A stretch of 64,000 nt of DNA from Lama glama (lineage: Eukaryota). Shown one piece after another: positions 25,137 to 36,627 of the stretch (within the stretch, counting starts at the first letter, position 1; each line of letters opens with the position of its first letter). A model generated the notes under the pieces. The model searched no databases. It saw nothing but the letters and a program-made list of their open reading frames with translations, and had not been told where the DNA came from. Location of the stretch: contig CM052817.1 of assembly GCA_028534125.1 (NCBI GenBank), forward strand, positions 41,170,001 to 41,234,000. The letters run 5' to 3'. Made by a program: the position numbers and the translations under genes.

Positions 25137-27469
25137 CCAGTGGTCTGAAACATGCCAATGGTGGTGAGCTAGGAAAAAAAAAACCAGTCCAACCCTATAA
25201 AAGTAACATCTATAAAAAACATACCCAAAAGAAAAAAAAAGAAAAAGAATGAAAACCTAGCCTCTAGGGTAAAGGTTAACAACTAAACTGTCATTGAGAG
25301 TTGATGATTTGCTTTCCCCTGAGCTTAGGACCTTTGGGGAATTAGTTTATGATCCCAGGCAGCTTTCTTGGCAGGGGGGAGGGTGCCCAGTTAGCCCTAA
25401 TTATGACATTTTGTTTCACATTCCCACTTAAACAGCTAACCTTTCTTTTCTAATGGGTCTGGACTCTGGCAGCCACAGCTTGAACTGACTGAGCTGTTCT
25501 TTCTCTAAATGGCCTTTTGTGTGTGGATAATGACTCCACTCTCTTGAACAGGGATTTTTTTTTTCCCCTGCTGGCTGTATCTAAATGCATCATTGGAAAA
25601 AACAAAGAGAAATTGCAGTAAAATGGTACATGATGGCCCCCTGGGGTGGGGGTAGGCTTGGCTCTCAGACTTTCACACTTGGCCTTCTTCGAAAGTTTCG
25701 TACAGAATAAGATTTCACCTCAGAGTGGGGATGGAGAGGGTGGGGATGGATTGGGGCCATGTTCTGGGCTGGGATTTGAGAAGACAAGCTGTCGCTGAGT
25801 CGAGGGCTGCCTGGGTCTTCTCAGTGGAAATACTGACCCATCTTACTGAATCAGGGCCTGCCTCAGAAGAAGTGCTCAGAAAGAAGAGTTTCTTCTCGCT
25901 TGACCTCCCAAGGGTCATTGGTCATTCTTTGTGCTACACTTCAATATGCTACCTGAATTTACCATGTCCATGGCATGGGAGAGCCTTGTGAAACAGATGA
26001 ACGAAAGCTCTTGGAAACCCATTTTATGTATCAAGATTTAGAGTTCTATTAAAAAAATGTCCATATAATAGAAGAGGTGTTGGTATCAAAGTTTATAAAA
26101 CTTGAAGGCAGATTTTGATCTTTTATATTTTAAATTAATTAGGAGCTACCTAGATTTCTTTGTAGTCCCAATACATTTCATTACCACAGTAACTTAAAAT
26201 CACAATGAGGCAATTTTAAGGTCTAAAGACAGTATGAGTTAGTGGAGCCTCCCTACCTATAGTAACCCACTATCCTCTTCTCCACTGCTTTTCTTTACTC
26301 TCCTCCTGGATGTAAAAAGCACTTTGGACATTACTAGACATTATGTAAATGCTAGCCTGTGTGATCTAATCACTCTCCTTTCCTGTACTGAACTCCCCCA
26401 TCACACTCTGCATACTTGGTACTGAACCAGTTCTGACCAATCCATTTCTACCACCTCGTCCCTTGGGTACTTTAATAGTTTTGTTTAATAAAGTAATAAC
26501 TCATAATGGGTTAATAAAGGACACTTAAGTATGCTAGGGTATAGCCCTCTGAAGGTCTGTAAGGAACTTCCCTAAGGTGAAGTGCTCACTCCTTCTTCTG
26601 AGTGCCTTATGTACTTTGTCTTAAAGGGGGTGATAATGATATAGCTCTTCTTCATTCAAACCAGTGAAGATGTCAGTGTGGCATGTGTATGTGGGCTTAA
26701 TACTGTTAAAGTTTGGCCTCTGCATAAGCAAGAGGGCAGGAAACAGGACTGAAACACAGACAGAAAGAAGCTGAAGAGATTTTTTCCTAAGACCAACTCT
26801 GCAAGGGGAGACAACTATTAGCAATCACAATATATAGTCGTTGAACTTGACCATTTTTGATTCATCACCAGAAATTCTGAACAGGTTTGAAGCATGTTAC
26901 ACTTCTATAAAATACTGTTAGTTTTAAAAATCCAGTGGAGTTTGGAGAAAGTTCAGGTAATCGAACCCATTCTCTATGAAGGTGTAATTCAGTCTTTATA
27001 GAAATTCCTACTCTTTCCAGAAAATTTCTGAGGCAAATGCAGCTTTGCCCAATAGCTTTGGGCCGTGGCGGCTGGAGAGGAGAGTGGCACTAAAGAAAAA
27101 TGCTGACTGTTTTCTAAACCTTGACTTTACACATGGATTGACTCTGTCAGACCGACACCTGAAATGTGAGCTAGTCTTTATACCCCATGTGAGAATCTGA
27201 AAGGTGACTGAAGTTTCTAAGACTAGCAAGGCTGGTAGGTTTTAGAGTCACACACCTCCTAAGTGCTCTTTGTTGGTCTGCTGTCATCATGAGTCAAACC
27301 ATTTGCTAGCGACCCGGAGCAGTGCAGATGGCCTTGGGACACTTTCTGAGCAGACGCTGAACAGTGAAGGCCAAAATACAGAAAGGTCATGGACTAGGGG
27401 CAGAACAGTTACAATTTGATCATTACTGATGAAGTAGTGGCATTCTGTGTCACTTTACTACATGTGGAA

Positions 27470-27620
27470 TTTATTCGTTCACGTATTCACAAATCTTCAT
27501 TGAGCATCTCTTACTTGCTAGACATGCTATTAGGGTCCCAAGGTACAGAAGCTAAATAAAACAGGATTATTTCTGCCCTCAGGGGGTCATATTCTACTGG
27601 AAGAGACTGAATATAAATAA
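27470..27620 (-). mobile_element. L2 3' end
   Basis: ttattcgttcacgtattcacaaatcttcattgagcatc...tctgccctcagggggtcatattctactgg. Confidence 0.7.
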
Positions 27621-27621
27621 C

Positions 27622-27870
27622 AAGATAATAGCTCTCATTTACTCGTGCCAAGTGAGTTCCTGTTACTCTTCTAAGGGATTTGCATGCACTTGCTCACTTA
27701 AGCTCACAACAGCTATGTGGGATGGGTGTGATTATTATCCTTTTCTACAGATGACTGAGCTCAGGCCCAGAGGTGTTTGTACTGGTTCAAGGTCACACGG
27801 TAGTAAGTGGTGGAATCAGGATTCAAACCCAGACCCCATGACCTCCACCTCTGCCTCTGACACCATATTC
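27622..27870 (-). mobile_element. MIR SINE
   Basis: ttctacagatgactgagctcaggcccagagg...caaggtcacacggtagtaagtggtggaatcaggattcaaaccca. Confidence 0.85.
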
Positions 27871-29194
27871 TAAAAGAAAAGCATAGAAAGGGGATCGGGG
27901 ATACCTAGGGACGGATTAGCCTTTGTTTCAGTCCCATCTTCCTTATATAACTACTGTTCAGAGTTTGGTGAATTTTCTTCCATTTCAACCAGTCTACGTA
28001 CCTGGTTTTGCTGCTCTAAAAAAAAAAAAAAGCTGCAATTATATTGTACATACAATTTTTAACATGTAATCCTGAAGTCTGTCTGTAGGCCTTGAGTGTC
28101 TTTAAGCAATGACAGAGAAAGTCCTTGAAAATCATTGTTTAAGGCTTTCATGGCCCAAGAGATACTATTTTCTTACACTACGTTAAAAAAAAACTTAACT
28201 CATTGGGGAAGTATTCATTTACTTGAACAAAGTATATATTATAAAAATAAGCAATTTATCTTTATGAATCATCATGAAGGCCCACCTACATATTGAAATA
28301 ACCGAAAGTCTCAGGTATCAAAATGATATTTAAATACTTCTATATCCTCTTGTGACTTAACCTTTGTAAGTTAAATTCATGCATCAGAATTGTAAATGCA
28401 TTTATAATTTTAGAAAGTTCCACAAATTTTCATCAAGAACTCAGTAAAAATAATGTCTCTTTTTTATGCAGTGCTAAAAATGGGAAATAGGGGAGGGGAT
28501 TTACAAAATCATAATTATAGCCAGTCTTTCCATAAAGTGTGTATCTGTTTAACTTTTAACGATGGTAAAAAGAGGAGTACATTGCACTCTGTGGGTTACA
28601 CATCTCCTCTATTAAGAAAGCACATGAAACTCTTATTAGAAAAATAAGGAAATGGGTGGAGGAAAGGGAAGAAAATGTGCTTCAGACTTTTAAACTGTAG
28701 CTACTGACTTTCGCATCAGAAACCAGTTCTTACGTCTGAAACCCCAACTGATCTGAGCAAATTTTTAGCTTGTGAACTAATGAGTTTAAAAATGAAGCCC
28801 TCCTGTTGTTGCTTGATTTTCTTTCTGCTTCAGTTGTTCTTTCAAATAAAAATGCTGAAATGCTAAGGAAGCAGTTTTCAGAAATGCATTGGTAGCTAAA
28901 TCGCAGCTGTACATTGAGATCACATGGAGGTGGATTTCATTAGCGTTACCTAAAGCCTCTATAACATTCTAATATTATTTAAAGGTAGAAAAATCAATGC
29001 TTAAGAAAGGGAACTTCTTAACCTGGATAGACAAAAGCAGAGTAAAATTGCATGGTCATGAAGTCATAAAAAAAATCTAATCTTTTCCTTATGATTGCCA
29101 CATTTGCTAAAACCTTGCTCTAACATTGATTTGATAGTCAATTCTTCAATATAAGACAAATTTGCTTAAATCTGATCCAAGGTAGGCTTTTAAA

Positions 29195-29380
29195 AAGCAA
29201 TAATGTTAGACCCACGCACTTTACTTAGATTATCTTATTTGATCCTCATAATGACCATATGAGACAGCTGCCATAATTTCCTTCATTTTACAGATAAGGA
29301 AGTTGAGGCACAGAGATTGTCAGTAACTAGCCCACGTTTACAGTCAAGGAGTGGCACGGCTGGAATGTGAACATAGATAA
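29195..29380 (-). mobile_element. MIR SINE
   Basis: cattttacagataaggaagttgaggcacagaga. Confidence 0.8.
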
Positions 29381-29556
29381 GGTTTCCCAATCCCTTATTT
29401 TTTGTTACTTCCTCCTTCAAAATCTCCAATGGCAGCTAATAGCCTATCAATCCAATCAACAAGAAATAATATATCTCTTTGGAGATATCTTTGGAGAACA
29501 GAGAATGAAGGAAGGCATAGGGAACTGAAGGCACAATTTTTTTAAACCAGCTTTCA

Positions 29557-29755
29557 TGCAAATTGCTAAGAGAAGAAATCGTGAGAGTTCTCATCACCAG
29601 GAAGAATAAAGTTTGTAGCTATTAGTGGTGATGGATGTTAACTAGACCTAGTGTGGTGACCATTTCACAACATGTACAAATATTGAATCATTAAGTTGTA
29701 TACCTTAAACTAATATAATGTTGTATGTCCATAATATCTCAATTAAAAAAAAAAA
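29557..29755 (+). mobile_element. L1MA9-like/laurasiatherian L1 3' end with poly(A)
   Basis: ggtgatggatgttaactagac...aaactaatataatgttgtatgtc then poly(A). TSD cagctttca at 29548-29556 and 29756-29764. Confidence 0.85.
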
Positions 29756-29774
29756 CAGCTTTCAGTTCACCCAG

Positions 29775-30160
29775 TGGGCTGGTGATTGTTTCTCCCTGAT
29801 CCCAGATCCATTCTCCAATGTTCTCCATCCTGCTCTCACGCCCTCTGGCTTCTACTTGGGCTCAGCCAATGGGAGGATCTGATAGGAGAATGGAGGGTGG
29901 AGGAGAGAGAGGTCCAGGTATTTTTCCCCACGTCTTCCTACTTCAGTACTTGTCTCTGCAAGTAATTACTGCATCTTTTCTGCCAAATGTCTGCTCCTTT
30001 GAGCCTTATGGGTGCTACCAGCCTCCTATTGCTAGTCTCTGGGTGCTTCAACATCACTATTCCTCTCCTTAACCAAACTTCCTTAAGTCACCCCTTTACC
30101 AAAGTGGAACTTGAATTATCCAGGGGAAGTTCTGTTTCCTGCTGAGACCTGACTGATAGA
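29775..30160 (+). mobile_element. ERVL solo LTR (LTR33-like)
   Basis: gggctcagccaatgggagg...ggagagagaggtccaggtattt...tgctagtctctgggtgcttcaacatc...tgtttcctgctgagacctgactgataga. Confidence 0.7.
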
Positions 30161-30204
30161 CTTTGTCTTTCTTGTCTTACTCCTCTCTCCTCTCTACAGA
30201 AACA

Positions 30205-30320
30205 TATTCATTTATTCATTAAACAAACATTTACTGAACCAGGTACTCTTCCAAGGCTGGTAGTGAAGAATATCAAGTGAATAATATAGATAAAGTCCTT
30301 GCTCTCCTGGAGCTTAAAAT
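30205..30320 (-). mobile_element. L2 3' end
   Basis: ttcatttattcattaaacaaacatttactgaa...aaagtccttgctctcctggagctta. Confidence 0.75.
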
Positions 30321-31499
30321 ACCTCGTGCTTTCATTTCCCTATGCTTTTGGTTCATTCCCTATGCCTCACTCATCTCTTGCCAACTGTAATTCTTTAAGC
30401 CCCAGTTGCAATATTTCTTCTTCAAAACTGCAACATTTCGACTTCGTTTCAGTTCTGTGAAGGGCTAAGTTCCGTGCTAATGACAAAGATTCTAAAAAGA
30501 ATTCTGAAAGTATTTACTGGTCACCCTCGCATTCCAGATCTTCTTTCCAAGAATCCATAACTCTGAAAAATCCACAGAAGCAGATAGAATTTTCCTGAGT
30601 GGACTGCCACGGACTGTTTGCTGCTTTGAAACAGTTGACTTCCCTGGATGATGAAGAGATGTTTGTGTTGCAGAATAATTTACTGGATTATTAAAGTATT
30701 TTTCCCTAACCATTTCCAAACAGTTAGAAAGGCTTCGGGGCTCCTTTGCCTCAGGATAGGTGTGTGTTAAGGAAAGCAGTTCTCCTCAGACAACGTGCCT
30801 TTGTGATTTTTGTTTCTAGAGGCCTGAACCCCTGAGGAAATCATGGTGGTGGGAGAGGAGAGATGAAGGCGGTTGGAGGCGGGAGAAGTAACTGAGTGGA
30901 GACTCAGAGAGGGCAGGGCTGCTGCACAGAGTTCCAGTGAGGTGGCCATGGCTGGGTGTCCCCGAAAGTCTGACTGCTAGTCTCTCAGCCAGGACAAAGG
31001 CCCAGGGAGGCCAGACCAGGGTGCTCCCGAGCTCCCTGCGTCCCCTGCCCAGATTGGCACCACAGTGCACAACCCCTCGCCTTCAGGGGACACAGGTAAC
31101 AAGATGTAAGACAACCTTCCTCTCCTCTGAGGTTCAGTTTTCAATAAGGTAGTTACACACTTCAGAGGCTGGTGTGTAATTTCCTAGCAGCTGGACATAC
31201 TGTCTACTTCTGCTTTTTCCAGCATCACTCGTGATATTTAGTTGACACCACCTCAAACTGTATCTAAATTTGTATGTGAATCATTCAACTGTATTTATAA
31301 AACCCTAAGCTGCTTATGAGAGAAATAAAATTTTAGCTCCCTGGGTGAGTAGGAGGATTTCTTCCCAAAGGCCCTTTTGTTTTCCCTGTCTGCTTGTAGT
31401 TATAGTAGAAGAGAAGGAGAGCGAGAAAGAGAGAGAGAAAGGAAGAGAGGGAACTGACCAAGTTCAAAAGATGTTTTATCAAATCATTGTCATTTAGGG

Positions 31500-31812
31500 T
31501 AGGAGTTGGCAAACTTCCACAGGCCAAATCCAGCCACCATCTGATTATGTATGGCCCATGAGCTAAGGATAATTTTTACCTTTTTAAATGGTTGAAAAAA
31601 ATCAAAAGAAAAATATTTGGTAGCACATGTTACCAAATATTACCAGAGTTACATGAAATTCAAATGTCAGTGTCCATAACAAAGCTTTATTAGAATATAC
31701 GTACGCCTCCTCATTTATGGGACTGCTCTCGCGCAGTTGAATAGTTGCAACAAAACCGAAAAAAGCCTAAAATATTTACTGCCTGGACCTTTATAAAACT
31801 TTACTAACCCTT
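31500..31812. mobile_element. MER58-like hAT-Charlie MITE
   Basis: aggagttggcaaactt...ggccaaatccagcc...tggcccatgagctaag...atgaaattcaaatgtcagtgtccataa...aagcctaaaatatttact. Confidence 0.85.
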
Positions 31813-32080
31813 TATATGTAGTGAATGTGGTAATTCTTGTTCTTGGGTTTTAAACCTGGCTGTCTACAAGAGGATCTGGTCACCTAATACCCAGACTTAT
31901 TTCTATTTATGTAAGGAGTGGATAAAGTTTATTACTCACTCAGGGGTAAGATCAGCATCAAAATAGACTAAGTCCCAAAAGGGGGCCATCTCTGTGAGTT
32001 AAACAGAAATCAATACATTTTGAATGTGCTTAGCCTGAGGAAGTTCTCCCAGAGAGATGATAATAATAGCTTCCACTTAT

Positions 32081-32507
32081 AAGAAAGGGGAACCCTCCTA
32101 CACTGTTGGTAGGAGTGTAGATTGGTGCAGCAGCTGTGGAGGACAGTATGGAGATTCCTTAAAAAACTGAACTAGAGTTACCATGTGACCCAGCAATCCC
32201 ACTCCTGGGCATACACCCAGAAAATATAATTCAAAAGGACACATGCACCCTAAAGTTCATAGCAGCACTATTTACAATAGCCAAAACATGGAAGCAACCC
32301 AAATATCCATCAACAGATGGCTGGATAGGGAAGGTGTGGTATATATCCACAATGGAATACTACTCAGCCATAAAAGACAATAAAATAATGCCATTTGCAG
32401 CAACATGGATGGACCTGGAGATCGTCATTCTAAGTGAAGTGAGCTGGAAAGAGAAAGAAAAATGCCTTATATGTGAATCTTAAAAAAAAAAAAGGGACAC
32501 AAATGAA
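32081..32507 (+). mobile_element. Internal L1 fragment (ORF2 end plus start of 3'UTR) lacking the 3' terminus
   Basis: aggggaaccctcctacactgttggt...gacccagcaatcccactcctgggcat...atgccatttgcagcaacatggatggacctggag. Confidence 0.92.
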
Positions 32508-32589
32508 CCACTTATTATAACATAACTTAGATGATTTATTTCTTGATTATGCATAAGCACATTTGACTGTCCTTTATGATTGGACTAGC

Positions 32590-32690
32590 TCCCACTTATA
32601 GAACTCTTACAATAGTCCACATACTTACTAGCAACCCAATTTAATCCTCAAAACCGCCCTGAAAATTAAGCATTTTAAAGATGATTTGAA
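32590..32690 (-). mobile_element. MIR remnant, split from its start at about 32055-32080 by the L1 insertion
   Basis: ataatagcttccacttat...tttaatcctcaaaaccgccctg. Confidence 0.5.
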
Positions 32691-34499
32691 GGTAGGGTAA
32701 TGAGTCTAAAAATCAAAAGGTGCGTGGTGTGTTCAATCCACATAAAACTCTGGAGGTTGGAGAGCGATGAGAAACTGCTTCTTAAGTACAAGGCCAAGGG
32801 CTGGGATTTCTGCCCACCGGGCATGAGGTCTGGTCTTAGGGCAGATAAGAGCAACTTTACACAGTTGTCATAAAGCATTAGTGACCTATTCATGGAAGAA
32901 CTAACAGTGTCTGGCAAGTAGTGGTTGCCCAACAAATGTTGGTTTATTTTCTTCCCCTTTTGTTTCTAATTAAATATTTACAAAATGTACGTGGGTTATG
33001 GAAAGACTATAAGTACATCAGAAATAAATACCAATGGTTATTGGGAGGCACTGGGCTGAGTACAGGGAAGACAGGGACAAGAATGGACATATTGCTTCTC
33101 TGCCTATTATTTTCATATTGTTTTGATTTTCAGCCATGTAAATATATTTGCTATCAAAAAAAATAAATGAAAGATATGTAATAAGGTTCAACTTGGGACC
33201 TCTGTATTTTAGAGCCTCCCTACTGAACAGGCCTACTCAATTTTATGAGATATATATATATATGTTTCATTTCATCTTATTCTTTTTGTTTTTATTTATT
33301 TACTTTGGAGTTAATTTATTCTTTGATTTGGAAACATAAGTATCCCAATTTCTTTGTTATAGAAATAACTCCTATGGATAATAGTGATTCTTAGCCAGTG
33401 GCTTATTTTTACAACTTAAACTTAAGTGTCTGAGAGCTTGTCACTTCTGGTTTTCAGGTCCTTTTTTATCTACTGTTATTTCACTCCAGGAGCATTACTG
33501 CTACAAACACATGTATTCTGGAGTGGGTAAAATCCTATTTACCCATGCTGTATTGAATTAAATAAAAACATACTCAACAGTGAAAAGAATTGTTTATAAA
33601 CACACTAAAACATTTCAGTGGCTTGCAGTTGTAGAGAGAAGCACGTGCTAGCTCCCTAGGAGAATGTGCACACCCTAGGGCCAGGACTGTCGTCCTCCCA
33701 GGGGCTCTGCCCTGCCCTTCCAGCAGCACCAGGCCACTTGCACGTCGCAGCATCCCATTCTGTTTCTCACCCAAGTGCCTAACGCTCGGTGGATGCTTAA
33801 TCAATATTTGATAAATTGATGAATGAATGGCCAATAAACTCTCTCCTATTGATTGAATTTTCCAGAATGCTGCTCCTACCAGAGAGGAAGGAGCTGGGCC
33901 AAATTCTTTACCATACATACGGCCCATTTTCCTTAATAATTATGTGCAGCTTCCTAAATATTTAAATTGGCTTTTTATTAACCAGTCTCTCCTGAGCTTA
34001 ATTAATATGGACTGAAACATCTATAAGGAAAGTGGTGAAAAGAGTCTCAAGACTCACTAAGCCTCTGGCTTAGAATTGACACCTCAAAGGAGGCATTTGA
34101 GAAACACGAACAACTTAACCCCCTGACGTGAGTCTAGCAAAGCCCCTGGGTCTGCACTGTGTCCCCCATCCATCCTGAAGAGCCAAAACCTCTCCAGAAC
34201 TCTGCTTTTCACTGTCTATCTGAAGACTTCATAGGTCATATTCTGTTAATTAGAATAATATCCGAGGCTCTTTATCAACTGGTCCAATTTATTCTTTTGT
34301 TGCCATTTCCCGCAATAAAGCTGTCTGCTCTGGTTCTGCCAGTTTCCTAAAGACATGTGTTCTGTTCATTTCTACCCTCAAATCTTCAACCACATTCTTC
34401 CCCTTAAAAAAATCCTGAGGTTTGCTTGTTTTTAAAGAGATTTGTTTGTTTTTAAAGTGGTTTGTTTATACCAATTAAAACTATATGTCATAAAAGCCT

Positions 34500-34755
34500 A
34501 AGTAAAACCCATCTCTTTCCCATCTTTCTTGGCACCTGCTGTTTATACCATAACATCTGACACTTGCCTCTGTGTGCCCTAATTGCTTCCCCGTTGCAAG
34601 TAGGAATTTATTTATACCTCTTATCTCCTCAGATAGAAGGACTGTTCTTCTGAGACATAGTCTGTGTCTTCTCCTTCTTTATTATTTCTTGCAGGGCCTA
34701 CCACAGAGCTGGCTGGACTGAGTAGCTGTTCTAAGAATACCAATTAAATTGAAAA
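34500..34755 (+). mobile_element. L2 3' region
   Basis: cttatctcctcagatagaaggactg...catagtctgtgtcttctccttctttattatttc. Confidence 0.5.
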
Positions 34756-34829
34756 AAAAATAATAAGCATTTTCTAATTGGGAAGAATAAAATGAATACA
34801 TCATACCTGCCATGATAGGTGTTTATTCT

Positions 34830-34985
34830 TTGTTAGCTAAGGTCATGCTCACAGAATGCTGCCAAGTATGTACTACTAGCCCCATCTTTAAGAGATGAAG
34901 ACAGATGTTCACAAACATTAGCAACCCACCTAACACCACACAGCTCGTATGTGGCAGGGCTGGAAAATCTGCTTGATGTCAAAGC
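34830..34985 (-). mobile_element. MIR SINE
   Basis: ccccatctttaagagatgaagacagatgttcaca...gtggcagggctggaa. Confidence 0.6.
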
Positions 34986-35216
34986 TTTTTTCTCTCTCTC
35001 TCCACTTAGTCTTTTATTAGTAGCTGACAATGGTGATATCTTTCAGACTGAAGGATATAAAATGTTACTATGCGTTCTTAGTAGGTAAATTGATCGAAAA
35101 AAATTAGTTTTGGCTATAAAATGGCATTCTTATCTTTCTTTAAAAATAAGATCAAAATTGCATAAAGGACAGCTTCTCTTTATCGAATAAAATATGGAAA
35201 CAAGGGGGGGCGGTCA

Positions 35217-35253
35217 TTAGGGAAATAAGGCCAATAGTTAGGGAAATAAAGCC
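35217..35253 (+). repeat. Short tandem duplication, 21-bp period
   Basis: ttagggaaataaggcc-aatag-ttagggaaataaagcc. Confidence 0.8.
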
Positions 35254-36294
35254 TTGCCCATCTTAGTTAACTAACAAAAAAGTCCTGAATTTAGACGAAC
35301 TTCAGTCTCCCTGATTTCTTGGAGAGGCAGCAAGAATATCGAGGTAAATTTTCTATTGCCTGCAAAAGGGTCTTTGAAAGACAGATTTTTTCTTTCTTTC
35401 TCTCTTGTTTAATTTTAGGAGGCAAACTAAGATAGTGAGTTTAGTTTTAATTTCTAATCTTCCCCAAATAAAATATAGGCCCAATATGCTAAGAAGGAAA
35501 AATGGCAAAACAAAAACCAAAAAACCTGTAAACATCTTCCTTGAGACCCAGATCCTCTTTTCCACTATAAACCTCAGCCACATTACCCGTTCTCCCTGCC
35601 CTGAGCCCGCTACCCACCCAGAAACAGTCTATGTTTGTTTTCTCCTTTTTTCTCTGTGGGGTTTTTCCTTTCTCTGAAGGGGAGACTCCAGTGTCATGTG
35701 GCGGGTGTGCTGGGTGTAGGCAGACTGTATCTCTAAAAGCTGCCTGACCCAGGCAGGATGGCATATGGCAGACGGAAGGAAGGATGCAGCATGACTCACA
35801 GCCAGGACCTCCCCCTGAGAAACTTTCAAGCCCCTGTTGTGAAATGACTACAGAAAAATCCATTTTATTGACATCTTTGTTTCTTGTTGTTCCCACTGCC
35901 TTTCCTCCCAGTGAGGTCTGGAAATTCATGTGAAACCCCATACCCCTGTAAGTCCTCCAGCTGACAGACAGCATTCTGAGGCTGGATAGCAAGAGGAAGG
36001 GAAAGGATGAGGGGAGGGAAGGGGCTTTTCTGAGAAGGTTGAAGCTTTTTTAAAATAGAAAACCCATTTCCTTTTATTCTAACCTCAGGCTTGTTTTAAT
36101 TTTAAGCTATTAATTTGAAATAGCTAATCAGTTGCCATGGGCATACACACATTGCCAAGACTGCAAAATACCTGTCCTTTTCTAATCAGCCCCAAAGTGA
36201 TCATGATTTATATGTACAACGGTCACTTAGCCTGAAAAGCCCAGACACTTTCTGTAGGATAATTTGCAGAGATTATTCAGTAGGATTTTTAATT

Positions 36295-36627
36295 AATTTT
36301 TTTTAATTTTTGTGATTTTTTTTTTTAAATTGAAGTATAGTCAATTACAATGTGTCAATTTTTGGTGTACAACATAATGTTTCAGTCATACATATACATC
36401 CATATATTCATTTTCATATTCTTTTTCATTATAGGTCACTACAAAATACTGAGTATAGTTCCCTGTGCTACACAGAAGAAATTTGTTGTTTATCTATCTT
36501 ATATATAATAGTTAATATTTGCAAATCTCGAACTCCCAGTTTATCCCTTCCTAGCCTCTTTCCCTCCAGTAACCATAAGTTTGTCCTCTATGTCTGTGAG
36601 TCTGTTTCTGTTTTGTAGTAAGTTCAT
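36295..36627 (-). mobile_element. Young L1 3'UTR, camelid-like subfamily
   Basis: T-tract then ttgaagtatagtcaattacaatgtgtcaatt...ctatgtctgtgagtctgtttctg. TSD-like taggatttttaatt / taggactttttaatt. Confidence 0.9.

Noticed and set aside
35489..35992. 167-aa minus-strand ORF
   Set aside because: Non-ATG start, no recognisable homology or exon structure.
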